From Negativicutes bacterium (GTDB lineage: Bacteria; Bacillota; Negativicutes; Sporomusales; JAOACF01): a stretch of DNA of 51,183 nt. How positions within the stretch are numbered: the first letter of the stretch is position 1; the number at the start of each line of letters is the position of its first letter. Positions 10,816 through 19,668 of the stretch are shown in pieces. The notes under the pieces were generated by a model, which saw only the letters and a program-made list of their open reading frames with translations, was not told where the DNA came from and did not search any database. The stretch is from NCBI GenBank assembly GCA_026417995.1, contig JAOACF010000002.1:1-51183 (forward strand), in the 5' to 3' direction. The position numbers and the translations under genes are program-made.

Positions 10816-10844
10816 TTGCATAACACTAGACCATATGGTATATT
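10816..10844 (+). promoter_or_regulatory. sigma-A-type promoter candidate for rpsO, followed by a ~130-nt leader
   Basis: TTGCAT (10816-10821), 17-nt spacer, TATATT (10839-10844). Confidence 0.55.
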
Positions 10845-10974
10845 TATTTAAGATATCATCTATGACACGCCTGACGGTCAGCCGGGCGGCATATATGAAC
10901 CTTAGCGAGGATAATCGCTTCTCCGACGATTGTCTTGGCTACTGGGGATATTAAAATAAAAGGAGGTGAACCTC

Positions 10975-11241
10975 ATGCTTACACCGGAAAAGAAGCAATC
11001 TGTAATTGAGAAGTTTCGCGTTCATGAAACTGATACTGGTTCTCCTGAAGTTCAAATTGCCATTTTGACCGAACGTATCAATTATCTCACGGAACATCTC
11101 AAGGAACACAAGAAAGATCATCACTCCCGCCGTGGCCTGTTAAAAATGGTTGGCCACCGCAGAGGTTTATTGAATTATCTTCGCGATACTGATATCCAAC
11201 GCTACCGCTCAATCGTCGAAAAACTAAATCTTCGCAAGTAA
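10975..11241 (+). CDS. rpsO: 30S ribosomal protein S15
   Basis: ATG 10975 lies 8 nt after AGGAGG (10961-10966). 88 aa containing ..[36 protein letters not shown]... Confidence 0.97.
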   Translation: MLTPEKKQSVIEKFRVHETDTGSPEVQIAILTERINYLTEHLKEHKKDHHSRRGLLKMVGHRRGLLNYLRDTDIQRYRSIVEKLNLRK

Positions 11242-11243
11242 TA

Positions 11244-11276
11244 AAAGCGGGTTTTCCCCGCTTTTAACTTTTTTGC
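11244..11276 (+). terminator. Rho-independent terminator after rpsO
   Basis: AAAAGCGGG / CCCGCTTTT stem around a TTTTC loop, followed by a T-rich run. Confidence 0.75.
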
Positions 11277-11372
11277 ACAGGTTAAAGCGTTAGGAAAAAG
11301 GGAATAATAAAAAAAATGTCGAACAGCTAAATGTTGGAACAGAATAGGGGTACCAGAGGAGGAAAACCGAAT

Positions 11373-13472
11373 ATGCACACTTTTAGAATGGAGATAGGCG
11401 GCAGACCGCTGATTGTGGAAACCGGCAAAATGGCGAAGCAAGCCGGCGGTGCAGTGCTTATCCGCTATGGCGATACTGCGGTATTGGTAACTGCAACTGC
11501 GTCCGCCGAACCCAGACAGGGAATTGACTTTTTCCCTCTAACCGTTGATTACGAAGAACGACTCTACTCAGTCGGAAAAATTCCCGGGGGGTTCATCAAA
11601 CGGGAAGGGAGGCCAAGTGAAGCCGCAATATTAGCCGGACGGCTTATTGACCGGCCAATCCGCCCGCTGTTTCCCGAAGGATTTCGCAATGACGTGCAAG
11701 TTGTTGCTACCGTTTTATCTGTTGATCAGGACAATCCCCCTGACATTCCGGCAATGATCGGCGCATCCTGCGCACTATGCTTGTCGGATATTCCATTTGG
11801 AGGACCTATCGGTGGCGTACGTATTGGGCTTATTAACGACGACTTTATTATTAACCCCACGGTTGAACAGCAAGAAAAGAGCGACCTCAATTTGGTAGTA
11901 GCTGGCACTAAGGACGCAGTGCTAATGGTAGAAGCAGGCGCTAACGAGGTTCCTGAGGCGACTATCCTAGACGCCATCGCCTATGGCCATGAAGTTATTC
12001 GCGAAATTGTTGCTTTTCAGGAAAAATTAACGGCCGAGGCCGGTAAACCCAAACGGGAAATGGTGGTATATGAGCCGCCAGTTGAAATCGACGCCGCTGT
12101 ACGTGATTTTATTACCGATAAACTTACCAAAGCAGTGTTTAATCCTGATAAACTGGCACGGGAAGAACAAATCAAAATCGTCAAAAATGAAGCAACTGAA
12201 CACTTTGCCGCTCTTTATCCTGATAACGCCAAAGACATTAATTACATCTTCCAAAAAGTTCTCAAAGAAATAGTCCGTAAAATGATTACAGTGGATAAAA
12301 TTCGACCTGACGGGCGCGGTTTGGAAGAGGTTCGGCCAATTACTTGCGAAGTCGGCCTGCTTGCGCGTACGCATGGCTCTGGCCTGTTCACGCGAGGACA
12401 AACTCAGGTATTGACTATTACGACACTTGGTGCTATTGGCGATGAGCAAATTTTGGACGGGTTGGGTGTTGAAGAATCCAAGCGCTATATGCATCACTAT
12501 AACTTCCCCGCCTTCAGTGTCGGCGAAACCAAACCATCGCGCGGACCAGGCCGCCGCGAAATCGGCCACGGCGCACTTGCCGAAAGAGCCATACTGCCGG
12601 TTATTCCGTCTGAAACTGAATTCCCGTACACAATCAGAGTAGTTTCGGAAGTTATCGAATCGAATGGCTCTACATCGATGGGTAGCGTATGCGGCAGTAC
12701 ATTGTCGCTCATGGACGCTGGCGTACCGATAAAGGCCCCGGTATCCGGCGTAGCAATGGGTCTGGTAAAAGAAGGCGATCATTTTACCATTCTTACCGAT
12801 ATCCAGGGCATGGAAGATGCTCTTGGCGATATGGATTTCAAAGTTGCCGGCACAGAAAAGGGCGTAACCGCTGTGCAGATGGATATTAAAATTTCTGGCA
12901 TTTCGAAGGAAATCCTTGAAAGCGCCCTAGCTCAGGCCAAGCGTGGCCGGATGCATATTCTTGGCAAGATGCTTGAAGTCATTGATAAACCCAGAGCCCA
13001 GCTTTCACCATATGCGCCGCGAATTATCACCATGGAAATTGATCCGGACAAAATTCGCGATGTTATCGGCCCAGGCGGTAAAACTATCAAGAAGATCATC
13101 GAAGATACCGGTGTCAGCATTGATATTGAGGATGACGGCAAGGTATTTATCGCCGCTGTAGATGTGGCTGCCGGTGAAAAAGCCGTAAAAATCATTGAAA
13201 GCTTAGTCCGCGAAGTCGAAGTTGGCGGCATATATCTCGGCAAAGTCACCAGACTGATGAACTTTGGCGCTTTTGTAGAAATACTGCCAGGCAAAGAAGG
13301 TCTTGTTCACATTTCACAGCTTGATACTAAACGCGTAGCTAAAGTTGAGGATGTTGTCAAAGTCGGCGATGAAATTCTGGTGAAAGTAACCGAAATCGAC
13401 CGACAGGGCCGGGTTAACCTATCGCGCAAGGAACTGCTCAAAGCAAGCGAACAGGCTAACAAAGAAGAATAA
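11373..13472 (+). CDS. pnp: Polyribonucleotide nucleotidyltransferase (PNPase)
   Basis: ATG 11373 follows an AGAGGAGG SD. Two RNase PH domains plus KH and S1 domains (..[10 protein letters not shown].., ..[19 protein letters not shown]..). Confidence 0.97.
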   Translation: MHTFRMEIGGRPLIVETGKMAKQAGGAVLIRYGDTAVLVTATASAEPRQGIDFFPLTVDYEERLYSVGKIPGGFIKREGRPSEAAILAGRLIDRPIRPLFPEGFRNDVQVVATVLSVDQDNPPDIPAMIGASCALCLSDIPFGGPIGGVRIGLINDDFIINPTVEQQEKSDLNLVVAGTKDAVLMVEAGANEVPEATILDAIAYGHEVIREIVAFQEKLTAEAGKPKREMVVYEPPVEIDAAVRDFITDKLTKAVFNPDKLAREEQIKIVKNEATEHFAALYPDNAKDINYIFQKVLKEIVRKMITVDKIRPDGRGLEEVRPITCEVGLLARTHGSGLFTRGQTQVLTITTLGAIGDEQILDGLGVEESKRYMHHYNFPAFSVGETKPSRGPGRREIGHGALAERAILPVIPSETEFPYTIRVVSEVIESNGSTSMGSVCGSTLSLMDAGVPIKAPVSGVAMGLVKEGDHFTILTDIQGMEDALGDMDFKVAGTEKGVTAVQMDIKISGISKEILESALAQAKRGRMHILGKMLEVIDKPRAQLSPYAPRIITMEIDPDKIRDVIGPGGKTIKKIIEDTGVSIDIEDDGKVFIAAVDVAAGEKAVKIIESLVREVEVGGIYLGKVTRLMNFGAFVEILPGKEGLVHISQLDTKRVAKVEDVVKVGDEILVKVTEIDRQGRVNLSRKELLKASEQANKEE

Positions 13473-13480
13473 TATAATAA

Positions 13481-13512
13481 AAAACATAAACCACTGCGGT
13501 TTATGTTTTTTT
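13481..13512 (+). terminator. Rho-independent terminator after pnp
   Basis: CATAAACC (13485-13492) pairs with GGTTTATG (13498-13505), followed by a T7 run. Confidence 0.85.
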
Positions 13513-13579
13513 AATTTCATCAAACAACCCCTCAATTAAATACATATATAATAGTCTGGTGGCAAGGAGTGATGGAGGA

Positions 13580-14296
13580 ATGAAATGGCACCTGATTATA
13601 TCAATCCCCCGCTGGTATGCTGCATTAACGCTCGGTTTCTTCGTAGCGGTAGCTTCGCTTGCAGGAGTGGTCAAATGTCATGATCTCACAGCAGCCAATT
13701 CGGAAAAGATTCGGCCTATATATCAAGGAAACGCATCCCAACCAATAGTTGCCTTTGCCTGCAATGTGTTTTGGGGAGAGGAATTCTTGCCGCAGATGCT
13801 AGATACGTTTGACAAAGAGCAGGTAAAAATAACTTTTTTTATCGGCGGCTCTTGGGCAAAACGTTACCCACACGTTCTGAAAGAAATTGCCAACCATGGT
13901 CATGAAATTGGCAATCACAGCTATAGCCATCCTCATCCCGCCCGCCTCACCAAACAGAAAAACCAGGAACAAATTATCAAAACCGAGCAATTGATCACGG
14001 AGATAGCCGGCATTAAAACCCGTCTCTATGCACCACCATACGGCGAATTTAACGATACCGTCCTCCAGGCAGCACATGAACTCGGATACACCACGATTAT
14101 GTGGACAATTGATACAATAGACTGGAAAAGACCTCCAGCAGAAGTTTTACAAAACCGAGTACTCACTAAACTGCAAAACGGCGCGATTATCCTCATGCAT
14201 CCGACTGACCCAACCGCAAAGGCCCTTCCTGGTCTTATTCAGCAGATTAAAAGCAAAGGATATCAAATATCCACAGTATCCTCTATACTAAAGTAA
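13580..14296 (+). CDS. Polysaccharide deacetylase (YlxY/PdaB-like, NodB fold)
   Basis: N-terminal TM segment and NodB-type motifs (..FFIGG.., ..HGHEIGNHSYSHP..). Same post-pnp position as B. subtilis ylxY. Confidence 0.85.
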   Translation: MKWHLIISIPRWYAALTLGFFVAVASLAGVVKCHDLTAANSEKIRPIYQGNASQPIVAFACNVFWGEEFLPQMLDTFDKEQVKITFFIGGSWAKRYPHVLKEIANHGHEIGNHSYSHPHPARLTKQKNQEQIIKTEQLITEIAGIKTRLYAPPYGEFNDTVLQAAHELGYTTIMWTIDTIDWKRPPAEVLQNRVLTKLQNGAIILMHPTDPTAKALPGLIQQIKSKGYQISTVSSILK

Positions 14297-14300
14297 CAGA

Positions 14301-14327
14301 AATAGGCAGACAAAATGCCTATTTTTA
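14301..14327 (+). terminator. Rho-independent terminator
   Basis: AATAGGCA / TGCCTATT stem with a 7-nt loop, then TTTT. Confidence 0.8.
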
Positions 14328-14417
14328 TATTGTTATATATGCTCGATTGTGTTACTATAGTTTACATATTAAGTTTCATACTATGCTGCCTGCAATGTGG
14401 TCAGCCCAAGAGGAGGT

Positions 14418-15117
14418 ATGAATTTGCAGCGATATACCCACGGTATAGCTTGGATTCTGCTGATTGCTATATGTACGAGCCTTGTGCCCGCTAGTACAGC
14501 CCATGCCACAAACTTAAGCGATGTGCTCCCCCAAACACTGGCATCCGCTGTAACCGCGAATACAAATACCGGCTCGCCTGAGACCGCAAGGATATACCGT
14601 ATCCATTGATGTGTTCCCCAAACAAAATGAGAATAATGAAGTTGCTGCAGCGTATGACTATGCCGAACTGGCGAAATATGCCGATAAGATTATCATCATG
14701 ACCTATGACAATCACGGCGCTTGGAGCGGTTCCGGCCCTATTGCTGATATCCGCTGGGTAGAAGAAAGTCTTAAATATGCGCTCAAATTTATCCCGAAAT
14801 CCAAGCTCTACCTGGGTATTGCCGCCTACGGCTATGACTGGGCCGGCGAAAAGGTTGAGAGCGTCGAGCACAAGCAAATTTCAGCTCTCATCCAGCAATA
14901 CAAACCTGCTGTGCGGTGGTACGAGCCATCCAAATCGCCGTATTTCACCTACAAAGGCACGGATGGCCTAAACCACCAGGTATGGTTTGAAAACGCTCGC
15001 AGTATCAGCTATAAGCTTGATTTGGCCAATAAGTACGATATTGCCGGGGTAGCGATGTGGCGTCTTGGCGGGGAAGATGTCGGCTATTGGCGGACAATTC
15101 GCGATAAATTCAGGTAA
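14418..15117 (+). pseudogene. Glycoside hydrolase family 18 (YaaH/YdhD-like) remnant: signal peptide joined out of frame to the C-terminal half of the barrel
   Basis: ORF 14397-14609 encodes only a signal peptide (..ICTSLVPASTAHA/TN..) plus ~35 aa. A different frame, open from 14554, reads ..GYTVSIDVFPKQ...IIIMTYDNHG...LGIAAYGYDW...GVAMWRLGGED (GH18 MxYD, LGxxxYG and C-terminal W motifs). The DxxDxDxE catalytic strand and everything N-terminal to it are absent. Confidence 0.7.
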
Positions 15118-15148
15118 TAAAAGATAACATAACTCGGGAGGAAAACTG

Positions 15149-16030
15149 GTGTATAGCAAAAAGCATGTTTCGCTCATATTACTTTGCTTGTTTACTTTTG
15201 TTAGTATCATAGCACCGCTTAATGTTTCCTATGCGGCACCGATTGACGACATAGTTAAAACAATTGGTGCCTCAACCATAAACGGCGCCGACGCCTTAGG
15301 CGGGGGAAACATCTTCGAAAAATTGTTCAGTTTTATCTTTGAAAAATTGTTGGGACCGCTTTTTAATATCGTAGGCGGTAAAAGCTCCAGCAGCACTTCC
15401 GGCTCAGGGGCTGTCAAGGTAACTCCACTGCCGCCTCAGGGCGGCACCGTTCAAGACAGTGGTGCGCTCCGTGGCAAAACCATTGTCGTTGATCCGGGGC
15501 ACGGCGGCAGCAATCCGGGAGCAGTTGCCAACAGCATCAGGGAGGCAGACAACAATCTGGCTGTAGCGCAAAAAGTACGGGACAAACTCGTACAAGCCGG
15601 TGCCAAAGTTGTCATGACCCGTACGAGCGATCGAACAGTTGCACCCGAGGGGAGCTCCCTGGGTCATGAATTGCAGGCACGCCTAGATATTGCCGCCGCG
15701 AATAACGCCGATATTTTTGTTAGCATCCATTCCAATTCTAACCCTGACCCCAGCATCGCCGGCGCTATGACCTTCTTTCCTAGCGGCAAGTCGCAGAAAC
15801 TGGCGCTCGACGTGCAAACCAGCCTAATCAAGGAAACAGGAGCACAAGACAAGGGCGTTGCTCCGGCGACCTTTTACGTGCTTCGCAACGCAACAATGCC
15901 AAGCATCCTGGTCGAGATGGGCTTTGTATCCAACGCGGCCGAAGCGGCGCGTCTTGCCAGCGACTCTTACCGCAATCAAATTGCGCAGGGCATCTTCAGC
16001 GGCATAGTCCGTTATTTTAACACGCTCTAG
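15149..16030 (+). CDS. N-acetylmuramoyl-L-alanine amidase (Amidase_3 family)
   Basis: GTG start after a GGGAGG SD, with an N-terminal signal/TM segment. Contains ..IVVDPGHGGSNPGA.., ..IFVSIHSNS.. and ..ILVEMGFVSN... Confidence 0.9.
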   Translation: MYSKKHVSLILLCLFTFVSIIAPLNVSYAAPIDDIVKTIGASTINGADALGGGNIFEKLFSFIFEKLLGPLFNIVGGKSSSSTSGSGAVKVTPLPPQGGTVQDSGALRGKTIVVDPGHGGSNPGAVANSIREADNNLAVAQKVRDKLVQAGAKVVMTRTSDRTVAPEGSSLGHELQARLDIAAANNADIFVSIHSNSNPDPSIAGAMTFFPSGKSQKLALDVQTSLIKETGAQDKGVAPATFYVLRNATMPSILVEMGFVSNAAEAARLASDSYRNQIAQGIFSGIVRYFNTL

Positions 16031-16042
16031 TAAGCGGGTTCT

Positions 16043-16074
16043 GGGATAATGCACTGCATTATCCCCGTTTTTTA
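16043..16074 (+). terminator. Rho-independent terminator
   Basis: GGGATAAT...ATTATCCC stem (16043-16065), then T6. Confidence 0.8.
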
Positions 16075-16094
16075 TATTAATTTATGTTTTTTCT

Positions 16095-16123
16095 TTGTTT
16101 AGCACCGACATATTAGTTATAAT
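16095..16123 (+). promoter_or_regulatory. sigma-A-type promoter candidate
   Basis: TTGTTT (16095-16100), 17-nt spacer, TATAAT (16118-16123). Confidence 0.55.
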
Positions 16124-16162
16124 AATAAAGATAATGGAAAGAAGAATGATGAGGAGCATGAC

Positions 16163-17422
16163 ATGTTTCAAAAAACAGTATTGCCCAATGGGGTACGGGT
16201 TGTCTCAGAAACAATTCCCTATGTAAAGTCTGTAGCCATCGGTGTCTGGATCGGCACCGGATCTCGCTATGAACAAGAGGATAACCATGGTGTTTCCCAT
16301 TTTATTGAACATTTAATGTTCAAGGGGACGAAAAAGCGCACCGCCAAGGATATCGCCGAAACAGTCGATGCGGTCGGTGGGCAGTTAAATGCCTTCACGG
16401 CGAAAGAGCACACCTGCTACTATATAAAAGTAATTGACACGCATGTTGATTTAGGCATGGACATTTTAAGCGATATGCTGCTTTCCTCAAAGTTTGACCC
16501 AGAGGATATCAAGCGAGAGCGTGAGGTAGTCATTGAAGAAATCAACATGTATGAAGATGCGCCTGATGAATTAGTGCATGACTTACATCTTGACAGGGTT
16601 TGGTCTGGCCATGAACTAGGGCGCAACATTCTCGGTTCCAAAGATTCAATCGCCCAGCTTGATCAACGCAAAATTTACGATTACTATCGTAGCCATTACA
16701 CAGCCGATAATTTGGTTGTCGCCGGAGCCGGCAATCTAACCCACGAGCAGTTGGTAGCACTCTCCGAAAAATACTTTGGCTACCTTTCCGGTAAAAAGCT
16801 TCCGGTTAAAGATCGTCCGCCGCAGTTAACGCCGGCGCGCTCAGTTATCGCTAAAGATACCGAACAGGTGCACTTGTGTCTGGGAACTGCAAGCGTACCT
16901 CAGAATTCACCTGAATTATATACAGCGCATATTTTGAATAATATTTTAGGAGGCGGCATTAGCTCCCGGCTGTTTCAGTCCATTCGCGAAGAACGGGGGC
17001 TAGCTTACTCGGTGTATTCCTATCAAACCAACTACAGCGACGCCGGCCTTTTTACAGTGTACGCCGGGACAAGACCAGGCAATACGGCGCAGGTCATCGA
17101 ACTGATTACAACGAATATCGCCGATGCTAAAAATAACGGCATTACCGAAGCGGAACTCATAAAAGCCCAAGAGCAGCTCAAGGGCGGCTTGCTCTTGGGT
17201 TTGGAAAGCTCCAGCAGCCGTATGTCCCGCATCGGCAAACTGGAAATCACTCTTGGCAAATACGTCACCTTAGATGAGGTCGTAGCAAAAATTGAACGCG
17301 TTACGCTCGCAGATCTTAATGAAATGGCAAACCGGCTGTTTACGCCTCAGAACATGTGCCTAACTGTTTTGGGCCCGGTAAAAGCAGAAAACATTCCGGA
17401 TAGCTTTATTAATAGTTTGTGA
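16163..17422 (+). CDS. M16 family zinc peptidase (YmxG/MlpA-like)
   Basis: 419 aa with the inverted zinc motif HFIEHLMFKGT (HxxEH). Syntenic with B. subtilis mlpA. Confidence 0.9.
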   Translation: MFQKTVLPNGVRVVSETIPYVKSVAIGVWIGTGSRYEQEDNHGVSHFIEHLMFKGTKKRTAKDIAETVDAVGGQLNAFTAKEHTCYYIKVIDTHVDLGMDILSDMLLSSKFDPEDIKREREVVIEEINMYEDAPDELVHDLHLDRVWSGHELGRNILGSKDSIAQLDQRKIYDYYRSHYTADNLVVAGAGNLTHEQLVALSEKYFGYLSGKKLPVKDRPPQLTPARSVIAKDTEQVHLCLGTASVPQNSPELYTAHILNNILGGGISSRLFQSIREERGLAYSVYSYQTNYSDAGLFTVYAGTRPGNTAQVIELITTNIADAKNNGITEAELIKAQEQLKGGLLLGLESSSSRMSRIGKLEITLGKYVTLDEVVAKIERVTLADLNEMANRLFTPQNMCLTVLGPVKAENIPDSFINSL

Positions 17423-17447
17423 TAAGTAAGAGGTGAGTAAGTTTTTC

Positions 17448-17909
17448 ATGAAACAGCGCGGCTTTGAAGTGGTTTCCGCTTACCGGGATGCCGGAATAAC
17501 GCTGCCTGAGCGTAAAACACCGCGCAGTGCGGGCTACGATATTGCAGCGGCAGATGATACGGTTATTCCGGCGGGAGAGATTGTTTTAATCCCCACAGGC
17601 ATCAAGGCCTATATGGGTCCGGATGAGTATCTGGGCGTACATATCCGTTCCAGTTTAGCGCTCAATCATAAGCTTAGCTTAATCAATAGTCAGGGTATTA
17701 TTGACGCCGATTACTATGATAATCCCACCAATGAAGGGCATATTTTGTTAGCAGTTATCAATCATGGCGTCAATGATATCGTAATTGCCAAAGGCACACG
17801 GATTGCACAGGGAATTTTTTACAGGTATCTCACGACTGATGATGACTATGGCGATATTGGAGGACAACTGCAACGCACCGGTGGTTTTGGTAGCACCGGA
17901 AACAGCTAA
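17448..17909 (+). CDS. dut: dUTP diphosphatase
   Basis: Contains ..RSAGYDI.., ..GIIDADY.. and a C-terminal RTGGFGSTG motif. ATG 17448 is preferred over GTG 17433, which lies inside the SD. Confidence 0.85.
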   Translation: MKQRGFEVVSAYRDAGITLPERKTPRSAGYDIAAADDTVIPAGEIVLIPTGIKAYMGPDEYLGVHIRSSLALNHKLSLINSQGIIDADYYDNPTNEGHILLAVINHGVNDIVIAKGTRIAQGIFYRYLTTDDDYGDIGGQLQRTGGFGSTGNS

Positions 17910-17931
17910 ACGACCGAAAGGTCGTTTTTTG
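17909..17931 (+). terminator. Rho-independent terminator after dut
   Basis: AACGACC GAAA GGTCGTT, then TTTT. Confidence 0.85.
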
Positions 17932-17994
17932 TCTGGCATACATCGGCTATTGCCGCATATCCATTAGTGATACATATCTAGCGGGGGTGTCACT

Positions 17995-18315
17995 ATGCAC
18001 GCATGGGTAGTTTTATTCCTGGTTGCTGCGGCTATCGGCTGCTCCGTATGGCTGAGAATGCATCGCATCCGCAACACCCTGGACATTGCAAGTTCAAAAT
18101 CATCCCCGCTGTCGCAGGCAATTCAGGAACTGGTCAGCACGGCCGGCGGCATTTATCTTTCGATGATTGCGCTCATATCCTTTTTAAAAATCGACATCCC
18201 CGAGAAAATTACGCTGCTCCATGTTTCCTTTGACCCACTGGCCTTTATCGCAATTATGATTGCCGTGCTGCAACCGGTAGTACTTCGCTTAATTAGCAAA
18301 AAGGCAGGTGAATAA
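17995..18315 (+). CDS. Small membrane protein, function unknown
   Basis: 106 aa with three hydrophobic segments. Preceded by a GGGGGTG SD, and its stop lies 2 nt before the ymxH-like start. No motif recognised. Confidence 0.55.
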   Translation: MHAWVVLFLVAAAIGCSVWLRMHRIRNTLDIASSKSSPLSQAIQELVSTAGGIYLSMIALISFLKIDIPEKITLLHVSFDPLAFIAIMIAVLQPVVLRLISKKAGE

Positions 18316-18317
18316 CA

Positions 18318-18611
18318 ATGCGGCTCTCTGATCTTGCCGGCAAAGAAATTATCAATTTAGGCGACGGCGGGCGTCTGGGTGTTCTTGATGACTGCGACCT
18401 TTGCTTTGACGCAAAATCAGGAAAAATCGATTCCATTCTTTTGCCCGCGCGCGGCGGTTTATTCCACCTTTTCAGCGATAGCCGGTCTTCAGTTGTCCCG
18501 TGGCCAGCGGTGAAACGGATCGGCGACGAGGTTATTATCGTCGACTTGACCAATACATATGAACGGGCTTATATGGGCTATCATCGCGACCGGCGTCACG
18601 ACACATATTAA
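18318..18611 (+). CDS. YlmC/YmxH family sporulation protein (PRC-barrel)
   Basis: 97 aa: MRLSDLAGKEIINLGDGGRLGVL.DCDL.FD..SGKI.SILLP... Typical of the YlmC/YmxH family and syntenic with B. subtilis ymxH. Confidence 0.88.
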   Translation: MRLSDLAGKEIINLGDGGRLGVLDDCDLCFDAKSGKIDSILLPARGGLFHLFSDSRSSVVPWPAVKRIGDEVIIVDLTNTYERAYMGYHRDRRHDTY

Positions 18612-18669
18612 CATGAAAGCTGGGCAGACTAATATTGACCTTTAAGATGTTAGGAGGCTTAGCACCTGC

Positions 18670-19266
18670 ATGAACAATACCCAACAAAATACAACCACCA
18701 ACTCCGTCGTAACAAGTTACACGCAATCGCAGTCATCCTTTAAGACGCAAACCGGGAGCGGACAATCCCAGAGGATGCAAACGGGCGGTCAAAATCAGAC
18801 TACCGTGGTTGCGGTGTTTGATTCTTACAATGGCGCCGAGCAGGCGGTAAATGAGTTGCGCCGTCAAGGCTTTACCCAGGAAGAAATCAATATTATTTCC
18901 AAAAAGAATAATGAAAAGGGCGGCGGGCAACGGTATGAAGATGACATTACCGATGGTGCGCTGACTGGTGGCACATTGGGCGGCATTGGCGGTCTCTTGG
19001 TAGGCGCCGGAGCCCTGGCCATTCCCGGTGTTGGTCCAATAGTCGCTGCCGGACCGATTGCAGCCGCATTAAGCGGCGCTGTAGCCGGCGGAATTGCGGG
19101 AGGCCTTATCGACTGGGGAATTCCGGCTGAGGCTGGCCGGCGCTATGAAGCCAAGCTGGCGCAAGGTAGTATTCTGGCAATCGTTCGTACTCAAACAGCG
19201 AAAGTTGGGCAAGCTGCTTCCATCTTTAAACAAAACGGCGCTAATGACGTTGCAACTCACACATAA
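18670..19266 (+). CDS. General-stress-type protein (YflT-like domains flanking a glycine-zipper segment)
   Basis: ..VVAVFDSYNGAEQAVNELRRQGFTQEEINIIS.. plus a Gly/Ala-rich zipper (GGIGGLLVGAGALAIPGVGPIVAAGPIAAALSGAVAGG) and ..GIPAEAGRRYEAKLAQGSILAIV... Family assignment is from memory only. Confidence 0.6.
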   Translation: MNNTQQNTTTNSVVTSYTQSQSSFKTQTGSGQSQRMQTGGQNQTTVVAVFDSYNGAEQAVNELRRQGFTQEEINIISKKNNEKGGGQRYEDDITDGALTGGTLGGIGGLLVGAGALAIPGVGPIVAAGPIAAALSGAVAGGIAGGLIDWGIPAEAGRRYEAKLAQGSILAIVRTQTAKVGQAASIFKQNGANDVATHT

Positions 19267-19275
19267 CACATTAGC

Positions 19276-19302
19276 AAAAAGTCGGGTAAAGCCGACTTTT
19301 TT
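19276..19302 (+). terminator. Rho-independent terminator
   Basis: AAAAAGTCGG / CCGACTTTTT stem with a T-run. Confidence 0.85.
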
Positions 19303-19313
19303 CATGAAAAGAA

Positions 19314-19343
19314 TTGACACCCCTGTAACCAATAATATACAAT
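19314..19343 (+). promoter_or_regulatory. sigma-A-type promoter candidate for the riboswitch-dap operon
   Basis: TTGACA (19314-19319), then TATACA at 16-nt or TACAAT at 18-nt spacing. Confidence 0.6.
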
Positions 19344-19375
19344 GAACGTAAAATAAATAGGCAATTACCTGCGCA

Positions 19376-19548
19376 TGTGGAGTAGAGGTGCGGGCAACAT
19401 GAGTACTTCCAGGGAGAGTGGTGTCAATGATCTGGAAGAAAAGGGTTGACCGCCGAAGTGCAAAAAAGACCGCTTTTTGGCACTGGTTTTATACCGAACA
19501 GGTATAAAACTGTCACCAGGGTTAACTTGGTGGAGCGCTATCTCATCA
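19376..19548 (+). promoter_or_regulatory. Lysine riboswitch (L-box) aptamer
   Basis: Ordered conserved L-box blocks are present: AGAGGTGCG, CATGAGTA, AGGGAGAG, GAAAAGGGTTGACCGCCGAAGTGCA, GGCACTGG, ACTGTCACC and TGGTGGAGCGCTATC. They match the B. subtilis lysC and T. maritima lysine aptamers as I recall them. Located upstream of lysine-pathway genes. Confidence 0.88.
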
Positions 19549-19605
19549 TTGGCGAGGAAAACTTGCTTTCTGCAAGTCTTCTGAACTTTTTGTGCTGCCT
19601 CATTA

Positions 19606-19645
19606 GGCGGCCGGTGGGATACTCTTCGCCGGCTGCTTTTTTATT
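19606..19645 (+). terminator. Riboswitch expression-platform terminator
   Basis: GGCGGCCGG (19606-19614) pairs with CCGGCTGCT (19629-19637, two G-U pairs), followed by T6. It lies 25 nt upstream of the dapB start. Confidence 0.75.
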
Positions 19646-19668
19646 ATTTTACAAGGAGGTTGATAGAG

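Noticed and set aside
12027-12782. 251-aa minus-strand ORF, with similar long antisense ORFs at 1644-2234, 6685-7266, 24773-25243 and 44150-44641
   Set aside because: All are fully embedded antisense in highly conserved genes (pnp, polC, infB, rnj, ymdB). They lack ribosome-binding sites and show no protein-like motifs.
14397-14609. Treating the 70-aa and 168-aa ORFs (14397-14609 and 14611-15117) as two genuine genes
   Set aside because: The first is only a signal peptide plus out-of-frame read-through of GH18 sequence. The second lacks an SD, a signal peptide and the catalytic half. Together they read as one disrupted gene.
17940-17994. Possible sporulation-sigma (sigma-E/K-like) promoter upstream of the small membrane protein and ymxH (GCATATCC...ATACATAT)
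   Set aside because: The match to the consensus hexamers is only partial, and I cannot fix the spacing convincingly by eye. It is not reported as a feature.
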